The notes under the pieces are model-generated. The model was given only the letters and a program-made list of their open reading frames with translations. It was not told where the DNA came from and made no database searches. The position numbers were made by a program, and so were the translations under genes. DNA of 64,000 nucleotides. Origin: Camelus ferus (lineage: Eukaryota). The stretch is from the NCBI RefSeq assembly GCF_009834535.1, contig NC_045707.1, forward strand, positions 19,282,001 through 19,346,000. Reading direction: 5' to 3'. Below are positions 13,231 to 25,166 of this stretch, in pieces. The first letter of the stretch is position 1. Each line of letters starts with the position of its first letter.

Positions 13231-16200
13231 TATGCTGCTCATATTATAAATTTTCAATACTATTTCCCTTTTGTGGATTGAACCAAGTAGTGTGAAGAAG
13301 AAAAACATGGCAATTTTGAAGACTCATTTGAATATGATAACTTGTGCATGACAGGCTGAATTGTGAAACTAGAGTGAATAATTGAAAGGAATTGACAAAC
13401 CTCCTGTTTTAGATGTTTGTTTTATTTTCTGTAAAACATGATTAGGTATCTGGTCATTTGAGCTGAATATGGTTCAGCCAGGGAAAAAGAACAGGAAATG
13501 GGGTATATGATAGTTTACATGGGTTTTTTAATTTGGTCTTTAAAAGAGTCTGTGATAGAAGGCTGGAATTCTTGAGAATTTTAAATGTGAAAACCCCAAA
13601 ATGTAGAATGATTAGCCCATGGGCACACTTCTTATTGGTGCCAATTCACCGCTAGATTTCAGCACTCTCTATATCAAATTCCATTATTTTTTTCACAGTA
13701 GCTTACCTCAACTTAGACTTGTTAAGATAAAAATATTTCTTAATAACTAGGTATCACCCCCACCCCAATCCTGAAGATTTGAATAATTGGTGAGGAAATT
13801 TCTGATTCACTTTTTTTCCAAGGAGAGTACCGTCTTAATTATGCCAGAGGACAAAATCCCTCTAAGATACTCTTTTCGTTTAAAGTGTCTAATGTACCTT
13901 CCGGAGTTTATAGTTAAAAGAAACTTACATCTTTAAGGCAGCAAACCCTGGAGACCAATCAGAAACTCACAGAGAACTCTTCTATTGTTGCCATTAATCA
14001 TCTTTGTCCTTGGAGAATATTATACAAATATTTTTAATTAATGATGAAGTCATCCTCAGGGTAGCATGTTTGGAACCAGTTCTACTTTGATGGTTTCCAA
14101 ATAGTGTAATACCCAACAGATGTCTAAAATAATACTGCATTTTCACAGCAAGTGTGCCAGTTAGAGAGAGACCTAAGAGAGACAGAATCATGCCTTAGAG
14201 AAGGTTAATGAGAAAATGGGACTCCACTGGTCTCAAAGTACAGTTGAGGGATAGGGTAGCTAATTCCTCAAACTTCCTCAGACAAATTGATCTGGTTTTG
14301 CCATAATTAGCTGTAGGTTATGCCAGGGCAACCGGATGATTCCCATAGCAGGTAACTTTTGTATCCTGCTATGAATTATCTTAAATGAAGCCCATGCAAA
14401 ATAACTCACAATTTTAATCAGTCTCATTGGGCCCTATTAAAAAGTAAATTTAGTCAAAGAACAAAATTAGAAAGAACTTAAAGAAATCTCTGAATAGGCG
14501 ATTATAGGACAACACAAGCTTGAAACAGTTTTAAGTGGTACATTAAATATTTTAAAATATAGAGTCAGAAGCAAGTGTTTGCTTAAGTTTTCATACTTGT
14601 CCTACACTCACAGACAAACACACATATCCTCACAGGAATCTCTTGGGTGAATGTCAGCATTAATGGATTAGTTTCCAAAGAGTCCACATGTTAAAAGTAA
14701 TTTTAGTGTATATGCAAACACTGTTATTTTCTGACTCCTTCCATGGGGAATTTTATCTGCCCTTGACCACATTTTAAAAAATCTATTTGAAGGAATACTT
14801 TGTAGCTTTCTGTTTAAACTCATTTTACATTTCTTACTGTCTGGAAGTTAGTTTAGAATTTATTTACATTTATTATTCCTCCAGTGGAAATAATGATCTT
14901 ATATTATTCATCAGGTTTAATAAATAGAATCTAGAATAAATAGGGAAAAATAAAAACTCTTTCTCTAAAACTGTTTTCTCTATACATGGACAAATTTGAA
15001 TCACTGTTTCTCTTACTTCTCACACACACATAAAATAATATTTTACCCAATTTCTTGGCATTTTAAGTATAGATTTTAAAAAGTCAGTTTGAATGGTAAG
15101 ATGCCATTAAATCATTTCTCTTGAGATGCTGTTATTGGGAGAATTTTTTAAATCACTTTTTGTTGAGTTATAGTCATTTTATATATTGGGAGAATTAAAG
15201 AAGGCATTTCCATTAATCAATTAGATAAATACATTACAATTTTACTTCCTCAGTTAACGTACTCATTATTTATATTCCTTTCAAGGTCACAAATGTAGAT
15301 TATAGATGTTTTATACACATACATAGATGTATATAACCCCCTCGGGGCTATCGTTTGATTGATTAGACTGAGTAGTTGTTTTGAACTACGTTACGCACTA
15401 TCACAGTGTGATGCAGTGATCTCAACCAGTCTTTTTAACCAGAGCAGCCACACAAATAAAGAATTAATTTCACCACTCATGATTTTAGGATTTGATATCA
15501 ATTAAATATCAAAATCATAGCACAAGCAACCTGTAGTAGCTATTAAGTATACACAGGATCTGAGGAATGGCTATCGAAAAATCCTCGTCCAAATCTTCTC
15601 AAAGACATCTATTAGCCACCACAAAAGAGTTTTCTTCCTGTCACCCACCAAGAGTTTGAAATAACTCGGGGAAGATAATTATGGGGAGGAATTATTTGAC
15701 TGTGATGATTAAAACTGGTAAATATGAAAGAAGTGAGTGAAAAGGTGAAAATGATAAATCTGTCTGTAACTACATAAAACAATGCGTAGAGTCTTTCTAC
15801 TTATATGTTCAGAATAATTGAAAAAGGAAACAAGGCATTATGCCAGCTGTTCATCAAAAATAATGCATATTATACCTTCTGACTGAGGCTAATTTCAGAC
15901 ACTAAATAATTAAGCCATAATTCATAAATGTTTTTACATTTCCAAGAATCTCATATCATTTCTAGATGGGGGATTAATTATTTTACCTAAGAGAGGTAAT
16001 GTTTTAAATTTTAAAGCTTTCCCTAAAGTATTTAGATATTCTTATTATCATTTTTAGTTAAATAAGAGAATTTGTTTTGATGATAGGTTATCAGATGATT
16101 ATGGAACAGAAATTATTCTTAATTACATTTAATTACACTTGTCTATCATATAGCATTCATGCATATAAATAATCCCTCCAAAGACTGGAAAACACATTCT

Positions 16201-16969
16201 ACCTAAAGATAGAGGGTGGGGATCTGGAAGGTGGATGACAGTGGAGATTTACATTTTAGGTACCCTCTTTTAGTGTTTAACATTTTCAAACGCAAAATGT
16301 GTTTTCTTATTTCATGGAGGTGCCTTAAATAATTTAACTTAACAAAAAATTCAAAGTGAATCCTTTCTATGTGCTTCCTAAACAAATAACCAGTTAGCAT
16401 ATACTTAAATAGCTTCATCAACTGAGCATTTCATATTTTTGAATGCTGTCTATTTCATTTTCAAATGGCTCTGCCTCTTGGAAAGGTTTTTTTCATACTA
16501 AGCAGAAGAGTGCTTTCCTGTGAGTTCCTCCCATTGCTTTAAATTCTACCCTTTTCACCTTTGTGAATAAATCAGACCCCTTGTATCAGTCCTTTACATG
16601 TCTCATGATAGTGACTTCACTCTTCTTGTATGATACTCAGCTCTTCTAATGCAGTTTATAAATTATTGTGGAGAGGGATTCTAAGGAGTTATAAATGCTG
16701 TTGAGAATAATAGGTGACAAAAAAAAATGAGTCATATGTGAAATGCTCTTCCTTTGGTATACACATGAAACAGTGAAGAAGCAAAAGAGGGAAGGATCCT
16801 ATGTCCTTGAGTAAATTTTAAATAATTTTAATAAATAATACTTTTAACAGAATTGCATATGTCACATTATCTTGATAGCTAAAAATGTCACAAAGTGTCG
16901 GATTTTTTTTAAAGGTGTAAAAATGTCCAGACTTAACCTGCACTCAGATAAAATTACCACACATTCCGT

Positions 16970-16983
16970 CCACCAGATGGCAC
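16970..16983 (+). promoter_or_regulatory. CTCF core motif match
   Basis: CCACCAGATGGCAC matches CCASYAGRKGGCRS at all 14 positions. Confidence 0.55.
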
Positions 16984-17298
16984 TGTTAGGGAGCTCTTCA
17001 TAGGCAACTCGATTGATGGTCTTCCTAACTCCATACAGTGAAATAAACTGCCTCTGAATGTAGCTAACTGAAAGCATAGTGAAACATATTTAAAATAGAT
17101 TTCTTTCCTCTAACCCATGGTTGGTGGAGTGTCAAGAAAATGTATAAACTGAGTATTTTATGTACTTCTAATTTCCTATAAAATTTTTGAAATTAAAAAT
17201 ACAAATTGGCTAAATTGGTTTGGGGATTGGGGTAAGGTTAGGTACGTTAATACCATGTGACTGAATTAACCTTCCATATCTGTGTTTTTTCTTTAGCC

Positions 17299-17324
17299 TT
17301 TTTTTTTTTTTTTTTTTTTTTTTT
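17299..17324. repeat. Poly(T) run
   Basis: Directly visible. Confidence 0.95.
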
Positions 17325-17724
17325 GCTTTTATGCTTAAGAAATTTTGTTCACCTTAACCAGTTTATTCTTCGAGTTCAAACTTCCCGAATCCTCTGTTTT
17401 CATTATCAACAGAAAGCTGATATTTGGGACCAGGCCTAATCAGGCCCTGAGTATCATTTGCTCAAACAAGTTATGATCTTTCCAAGGCAGCTGCAGACCT
17501 CATTGCCACAGCCAAAGACAATGCGGGGAATTTCCTGTGAATTAACTAAAACATTTTGAGTATGTTTTATAAATAATTTTTCTTCATATCTGCAACAAGG
17601 AGGAAGTGGACTGCTGCACCATTCAGCCACCTCTAAATGTGAACCCTGAAGAAAAGGGTATAACTCATTTAAAAATATATAATAGTATAATATTTAAGGT
17701 CATGAATTTATCATTTACAAATGC

Positions 17725-17875
17725 TGTTGCCATTGGCAAGTTTCTTATATTCTCTGTGCCTGTTTTTTCATCTTTAGAATGGAAATAATAATACCCTCCC
17801 TGCAGTGTTGTGAGATACAAGGGAGATAGGCTTGTAAAACACATGCCTGGGATGCAGCTGGTGCCAAATGAATAT
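17725..17875. mobile_element. MIR SINE
   Basis: ggcaagtttcttatattctctgtgcctgttttttcatctttagaatggaaataataatac matches the MIR core. Confidence 0.7.
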
Positions 17876-18104
17876 CTGATCTAATTATTATTGTCCCCTT
17901 TCTTGTAAGGAGAGGTGGCTTCAGGCGAAGATCTACATTACATTCTCACAATGGCCCATTGTCTAACTATAGAGAAAGATCTGAAAAGTACAAGATCTGT
18001 GGGGTAATAACAAGCAGTTTGAAGAAGGAATGTAAACTTGAATATCTCACATGGGTTTAAATCTTGAAAATAACTATGTCATTCAGTTTTTCACTCTTAC
18101 ATTG

Positions 18105-18620
18105 AAATTAATTGAATACCTATCATTATCAGACTCTGAACTAAGTTTTGGGGATACAGTAATAAGACATGTCCCTGCCTTCAGGAATCTACAATTTAGT
18201 GAAAATACAGGTATTAATAAAAGAAACACAACTAAATGAACAATGAAAGCACCATAAGTATGGAAAAACCTGCGACCCAAAGGAAGTTAGGTAGTGTCAT
18301 AAATTACATAATAGGAAGAAAAGATGGCATTGTGGCAATAAAACAAAGATTTCATAAATAAGTGATTACTGATTGAGATTTGACGGAAGAACATGGATTA
18401 ATTAGATGAGAGGAATAGTTATTGGAGTGGGAGGTTCTGGGGAGAGGAAACAGCATGCACTCTGTCTACATGATGAGATGGTACTCAGGAAACTGAAAGA
18501 AAATCACTGAAACCGGAACAGAGAGAGCACGGTGCTAGCTGAGGTTGGGAGAGCAAAGAGGATCCAGATCATATGGAGTCATTTTGGCCATGTTAATCGT
18601 TTCAGTCTTCACCCTAAAAA
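18105..18620 (-). mobile_element. L2 3' fragment
   Basis: attgaatacc...ggggatacagtaataagacatgtccctgccttcagg matches the antisense L2 3' end. Confidence 0.65.
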
Positions 18621-20860
18621 TTATAGGAACTATTGTATGTGCTTGAACATGGTGGCGGTATAATGAAAGTTATACTGTACAACTTATCAGCAGGACTGTA
18701 GTTTGGAACAGACTGAGAAAGTTCAGTCCTAGTGGATGCAAAGAGGTCAAGTAAAGGGTGAAGGATGATGACAATTTGGAGTATGCCAGCAGAAATAAGG
18801 AGAGGCAGACGGATTTTCATAAGTTTCCTGTGCATCATCGTCATTCTTTTACGGGAGACTGAATATAGTGACAAAGACAGCTATGTTACAAGGACAATCC
18901 CGAGATTCCTGTCTTCTGTACAGGGTGGATGGTATAGTAATTTGTGCTAAGATATAGAATGGAAAATTCTGGCATATTTTTCAAGGTGGGGTTTACTCAC
19001 AAGTTTGGTTTGGGTGTGTCGTGTTGGGATGCCTCGAATTTCCGAGTGTGGTATCAATTAGAAACTGGATCTCAAATTTCAAAACTGGTACTGTGGGAGG
19101 TTATTGGTTAAGGCATTATTGAGATTAAGATGAAAAGGGGACGTATCTAAATGTCAATGGAAGATATATAACGTTAGAGACTTTATGTTATCAGCCAGCT
19201 TCAGGAATTGGTCTTCGTGGTCTTATAGATCATTTACTGAAGGAATTGGCTAAATACGTTTTTTTTTTTTAGGACAAAAGAGGCTTAAAAATGGTAAGTG
19301 TCTTCAAAACCTTTACAAGGGGCATTCTGATAGTAAATCTTTACCAAAAAAAAAAAAATAGACTTTTACAATTTCACATATGCCCAACACTTGTTCTTCC
19401 TCTGTCTTTTTTCCATTGAGTTGAAATGACAGCTTCTTCTAAAAAGAAGAAGTTTCCTGCTGTGTGTGCCTGGAACAGCAAACATATCTTTCTTCTAAAA
19501 AGTGAAGTTTGGGTTTAATATTTCTAGTATAGCATAAATGCTATGTGTGTCACTGGCTTTCATATAACAAAAACAAATATTTGTAACAATGTTCAGTTCA
19601 TTAGGAACAGAATTATGACCTGGCTTTGCCTTTTTCCAATCACTGTTTAATCTTGCTCGTTTGAGTCCTCCTTTCATAGCCCTGGACTATCTCTGTCAGT
19701 TTCTGTAACTTTCAGATATCTTTTAATTATTGAAATTTAGTAAACTGAAATTTTGGAAACACATCTAATTCGAAACTCAGGCAATGCCTAACAGCTTCTA
19801 GACCCTGTGTCACCCAGGGAATTAAGTCAGGGGTGAGAGAGAGGAAAAGGGCAAATGTCTTTACTGGGTGAAACCCAGGTAGTTTACACTGTGGCTCAGT
19901 TGTTGATATATGAAGCTATTAGTTTTCCATTTTTCTGGTTCTTTGTTATCTTCCATCAGAGCTTTGTAATTTTCCTCATATAGATTTTATACATATTTTG
20001 TTAAATTTGTATTTCAGTTGGTTATTTTTTAAAGCATTCTCTAATCCACTCCTTTCAAACCTTGCTTTTAAAGATTGCTACAGTGAACCTCAAAAGTACA
20101 GCAATAACTGGATGTGACATGGCCCTGACGTTGATGTTCACAGATCCCTCCAAACACTAGTGGATACAAGCAAGATCAGTCTTTAACATGTCATCATTTG
20201 AGGCTCCATTCAGGTGGGAGGACTTCAGCTGCCCCAGGTGCCACGTTCAGCAAACATGCAAATGGAGACCTGTAGTCCAGTTTCACCTTTTAGCAGGCAT
20301 CCCGCTTCCGACGATGATTCTCTTTGTGGCACCAGCAACACCTTCAATATAATTAGATGTGCTCACAGCCCTCCCTTCCATCTAGTGTGAGAAGTGGAAG
20401 GCACATCTCCCCAGGAAGCCCAGTCTTACAAGTACAACAATTTCAACCTGCCTCACCCCTCCTCAGTCAGCCTTATATGCAGGTGGGTGCCTGGAGATGG
20501 CTGGGGTGATTTTCCACCTTTTTAGAAAACCCAGTTCTTATTGGCTCATTCTCAGTCTTCTTAAGAATTTAAAGTTCCTCTCCTTCAGCTGTATCCGCTT
20601 CTGAAATTGATAAACAAGTGAAAAAAGCCCCACTCCAGAGCATAAAAGCATAGTTCCAGTGAATATAATATCAATTTTTATTACATGACTTTTAAAATGC
20701 TTTACTATCTTAAAAAAAATCTTATAGTGATAAATGTCATATCAGGTTTTATCATTTTGGAGGTCGGTGGAGGTACTGAGTATACTGAAGATTTCTGGTA
20801 CTGAAAATCCGTGTAGGCCTGGAAGTCATGTCAAGTAGTCTTAACCTGGGGAGCTGTGCT

Positions 20861-20924
20861 GGGCGTGTCTCCCAGGAGTGGGCGTGTCTCCCAGGAGTGG
20901 GCGTGTCTCCCAGGAGTGGGCGTG
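20861..20924. repeat. 19-bp minisatellite (gggcgtgtctcccaggagt) x3.4
   Basis: Three perfect units at 20861, 20880 and 20899 plus a partial gggcgtg. Confidence 0.97.
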
Positions 20925-21972
20925 CACTAGAAAGCATCTCACTGGTGTCCATGACTTTCTGTTACTTAAACTCAGGATCTGTGCACATCTTTCCCCTGCC
21001 GTACATTATATAATAGGGCATATTTGAGGTTGCTTTTTTGGATCTTCTCCTCATTCTTCTAAACCAACAGTCAGTATTGATAGGTCTCTAATGATATGTG
21101 TGGAAAATAGTCTTTTAAACTTTTACCTTGGAGAGGAACTGCTTTGAAATTCAATGTGACTAGAATAATCAGTTGAACAAAGCAATAAACTGTGCAGAGA
21201 ATGATAGAAAAATTGAGAGCAAAAACAATCACAATTTTAAAATTAGATAAATAGGGAAAAAAACTTGAATAGCAGTGTCATATTTTTATAATTGGCCTAT
21301 ATATATATATATAATGTTTATTTCTCTAAAACTTAATTCATATGAAAAACCAAGAAATCAGCAGATAAGAGAAACGGAAGAATCTAGCATTGGACAAAAA
21401 TTCAGTGTCCCTCACTGGATTTACAAGTTAAATACTTAGAGGCGTATCACAGTGTACATTACTTGTCAGTATTTATTAGCAGTTGATTATTTCAGATGCC
21501 TGATTATTAAGATGTATACAGAGCAGACTAATTAGGAGCATGTACTCCACTTCAGGACTTAAATCACAGCATCCTATGTTTGGCACTAAAATGTGTTAAT
21601 TACTTCATATTCATTTTTAATTTTTTTCTAGAGAAGAACATTTCATTTTCTTTGGTCAAATGGTGTGAAACATACTAACCTTAATTCCACTACCACTGTA
21701 GAAGGGAAAAAATGAATGGTGTCCAGGACCCAGGAGATGCTCAGTACATTTGTTCATTGAATATTGTTGAACAAGTGATAAATAATTTAAATCATTTAAT
21801 AAGCAAATGATAGAAAAATGACCCTACCACATAGTTCCCCTGCCTAAACACTGAGAAACATGGAACAGATCCAAGGGTCTCTTGGTCGCCATCCTGTAAG
21901 TACGTGAATGACGCACCGTGTTGGCAGGGCGATCAGACACCTGGGTGACCTCTCTGTGCGGTAGTGTGAGGT

Positions 21973-22914
21973 TCAGGCCATTTGTCTGAAAGGGCTCCTT
22001 CGTGTTAGTCTCTGAAAGGCTTCCTTCACGTCCTGGTTCCTCAAGGTGTAGATGACGGGATTCAGAGCGGGCGTGACCACCGTGTACATGAGCGCAGCGG
22101 CTTTGTCTGTTTGCGGAGAGTGCGCAGCCTTCGGCTGGAGGCACGCGAACAGGGCGGTGCCATAGAAGAGAGAAACAACCAGGACGTGAGAGGAGCAAGT
22201 GGAGGAAGCTTTGCGTCTGCCGGCGGCCGAAGGGATTCCCAAGATGGTCAGCAGAACGCGCGCGTAGGAGCACAGGGTGAGCAGGCAGGGACTCATGACG
22301 AAGAGCGCGGACACAGCAAACAGCACAATCTCATTGTGGGACGTGTCAACACAAGCCAGTTTCACGACAGGCATGATGTCGCAAAGAAAGTGCTGAATCT
22401 CTCCTGTTCCGCAGAAGGGCAGAGTGAAGACCCACGTGGTCTGGGCTGACTCCAGCACGACCCCGGTGGTCCACGATGCTGCGGCCAATTTCAGGCACAC
22501 GGGAGGGCCCATCAGCAGAGTGTAATGCAGCGGGTGACAGATGGCTACAAAGCGGTCATAAGCCATGGCTGCTAGCAGGCAGCACTCTGTCAGTCCCAGG
22601 ATGGTAAATACGTACATCTGAGCTGCACAGCCTCGCACACTGATGGTCTTGGTCTCCACCAGCAGGTGCACCAGCATCTGAGGCCCCACGCTGGTGATGT
22701 AGCACAGCTCCAGAAAGGAGACATTGACCAGGAAGAAATACATGGGCGTGTGCAGGGAAGGGGTGGCCCCGATCAAGCAGATGATGAGGAGGTTCCCTCC
22801 CACCGTGAACAAGTAAATGGTTAGGAACACAACAAAGAGCACAGGCTGTAACTCTTCCAGGGAGGAAAACGCCACAAACGTGAACGTGGTGCAGAGGGAC
22901 CGGTTTCCACTCAT
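21973..22914 (-). CDS. Family-10 olfactory receptor (OR10U/OR10P-like), intact 313-aa ORF; optional upstream in-frame ATG at 22935
   Basis: MSGNRSLC..., LHTPMYFFL, MAYDRFVAICHPLHY, STCSSH, PALNPVIYTLRN; N-glycosylation sequon NRS present. The track ORF begins at a TTG that lies in the likely intron tail. Confidence 0.9.
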   Translation of the reverse strand: MSGNRSLCTTFTFVAFSSLEELQPVLFVVFLTIYLFTVGGNLLIICLIGATPSLHTPMYFFLVNVSFLELCYITSVGPQMLVHLLVETKTISVRGCAAQMYVFTILGLTECCLLAAMAYDRFVAICHPLHYTLLMGPPVCLKLAAASWTTGVVLESAQTTWVFTLPFCGTGEIQHFLCDIMPVVKLACVDTSHNEIVLFAVSALFVMSPCLLTLCSYARVLLTILGIPSAAGRRKASSTCSSHVLVVSLFYGTALFACLQPKAAHSPQTDKAAALMYTVVTPALNPVIYTLRNQDVKEAFQRLTRRSPFRQMA

Positions 22915-24064
22915 AATCGGCTCAGAGCCAGGCATCTGTGGCGACAACAGAGAGGGCAGCTAATGCCTAAAGGAATCCCGTCACCTGGCGCAGGTCTCCA
23001 TCCGACTCAGAGAAGGGAGCGTTCCTCGGATCAGAGGTCTGACGTGCGACCTACACACTTGGATTCCTTTTGCTACAGCTTTGGAAATAACTGCCCAATT
23101 AAACTGCATGCAAAACTTCTACCTGACCTTGAGTTCTGGATTTTCAGAGAAACAGAGAAAACAATGGCATTAATTTACATAATCTGATTTTTGTTTTTAT
23201 CTTGATATTCTACTCATATACACAGACTGTGATGTGAGTAATATGTACGAAGGCGTTTCAGTCGTAAAGGAGCCACATGAAACCTAAGTGAGAAGAGTTA
23301 AATACAAAGGTGCTATACCCCGTCCCTCTGGATTCCACAGTTTTCCCTTAGAGCCGCACTTAAGGGCTTGAAAGGGAAATTTTCTAGCCATTTATCTATT
23401 CTTGTTCTTACGTATTTTTACTCATTTTGATTTGACAAAAGTAAGACCATATTTACGCAGCTAAAATCTTGGAAACCAAAACTAACAGAATCTACTTTCT
23501 ACAACCTCAGTGTAATTTTGCAGACAATTTTGAATGGGAGGACATACCTAGAACCACAAGGCAAACTTTCTGTTCCTTGTCGGGCTTGTAGACATCCTAT
23601 AATTCCAAATTATAACATGGTGATGGAACAGGTAGTATTTATATTCTTACTGGAGACCATAGGGATTGCATCACCGCACAGTGTAACTATATTTGTCTCA
23701 AGGGGAATTTGTTCAAAACAACGATGACATTCAATGGAGATTTGGATTTCATTATTTGAATACATTTTTCAGAGGTAATCTTTTGCTTTCAGTTACATCA
23801 TTTAAATTTCACTGTGTAAAACTAACAGTTTCTAATTGATTTCCATCTTGAAATTTAAATAATTATTGAACTGTATGGATATTTGACATAATAATCTTCC
23901 TTAAGCTTCTCCAATGGACAGTGACAGCTCAGGTCTTCATGATGTCAATAGACCCAATGCAGGACACAAAGTAGGCTCCATAAAGCCACAGAGAACATTC
24001 ACCTTATTCATTGTCTATGATTAAATGGTCTGTAGTAGAAATAAATGGGCCTGATCAAGAAAAA

Positions 24065-24800
24065 ATAATTTTTTCAGATACTACATATAAGTGATATCAT
24101 ATAGTAGTTGTCTTTCTATGTTTGGCTTACTTTACTTAGCATAATCCCCATGTCCCCACCTCCAAGTAAATCTATGTTCTCACAANNNNNNNNNNNNNNN
24201 NNNNNNNNNNNNNNNNNNNNNNNNNNNNNNNNNNNNNNNNNNNNNNNNNNNNNNNNNNNNNNNNNNNNNNNNNNNNNNNNNNNNNNNNNNNNNNNNNNNN
24301 NNNNNNNNNNNNNNNNNNNNNNNNNNNNNNNNNNNNNNNNNNGCAACTCAATAGCAAAAAACTAATAATAGTTAAAAAATGAGCAAGGGACCTGGATATA
24401 CATTTCTCCAAAGAAGATATATAAACGGGCCAAAATGTATATGAAAAGGTGCTGAACATCCCTAATTATAAGGGAAATGCAAGTCAAAAGCACCTTGAGA
24501 TGTCATTCCACATCTGTTAGGATTGTGATTGTTAAAAAGCTAAGAGATACNNNNNNNNNNNNNNNNNNNNNNNNNNNNNNNNNNNNNNNNNNNNNNNNNN
24601 NNNNNNNNNNNNNNNNNNNNNNNNNNNNNNNNNNNNNNNNNNNNNNNNNNNNNNNNNNNNNNNNNNNNNNNNNNNNNNNNNNNNNNGTGGATATATACCC
24701 AAAGGAAACAAAACTATTATTTCAAAGAAATATCTGCACTTCCATGTTCGCTGCAGCATTATTTACAGTAGCCAAGATACGAAAACTACCTGTGTCCACC
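24065..24800. mobile_element. L1 with opposed segments: 3' UTR piece on minus (24065-24185), ORF2-end piece on plus (24343-24800)
   Basis: Both pieces match the L1 copy at 36835-37940 in this window. Two N gaps interrupt the element. Confidence 0.75.
24186..24342. other. Assembly gap (157 N). Other gaps: 24551-24686, 25978-26126, 26146-26284, 46677-46851
   Basis: Runs of N, all inside L1 or Tigger sequence. Confidence 0.99.
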
Positions 24801-24952
24801 TTTGCTGTGTTTTTATAGTAAAATACTAATAAAACAAAACAAAAAGCTGATAACTGCATTTTTCTAATTTAATCTCCATCTGGATTCTGTGTTGACTATT
24901 TCTGAATCTAATTCTGAAACCGGAAAATAATATTAAAAATATAAGATGAGTG

Positions 24953-25166
24953 CAGCTGACCCTTGAACAACACAGGTTTGAACTGTGCATATCCACTTAT
25001 ATGCATTTTTTCCCCATACATACCTACATGATCCTTGCCTGGTTGAATCCACGGAGGCAGAACCACAGCAGACATGGAAGGCAGACTGTAGTTATACCAG
25101 GATTTCTGACTGCTGGCGGGAAGGAGGCGGTGACTGTTCTCCCCTGCGTTGTTCAAGGATCAAGCG
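24953..25166. mobile_element. Tigger2-type MITE (TcMar DNA transposon)
   Basis: Terminal inverted repeats cagctgacccttgaacaac / gttgttcaaggatcaagcg; TA on the right flank. Confidence 0.8.

Noticed and set aside
18830-20650. GC-elevated patches (about 18830-19260 and 20100-20640) as possible retrocopies or viral inserts
   Set aside because: No recognisable reading frame; the texture suggests old LTR debris, but I could not assign a family.
21824-22449. Overlapping alternative-frame and antisense ORFs (149 aa, 112 aa) on the family-10 OR
   Set aside because: Expected by-product of high GC content and few stop codons; no recognisable domains.
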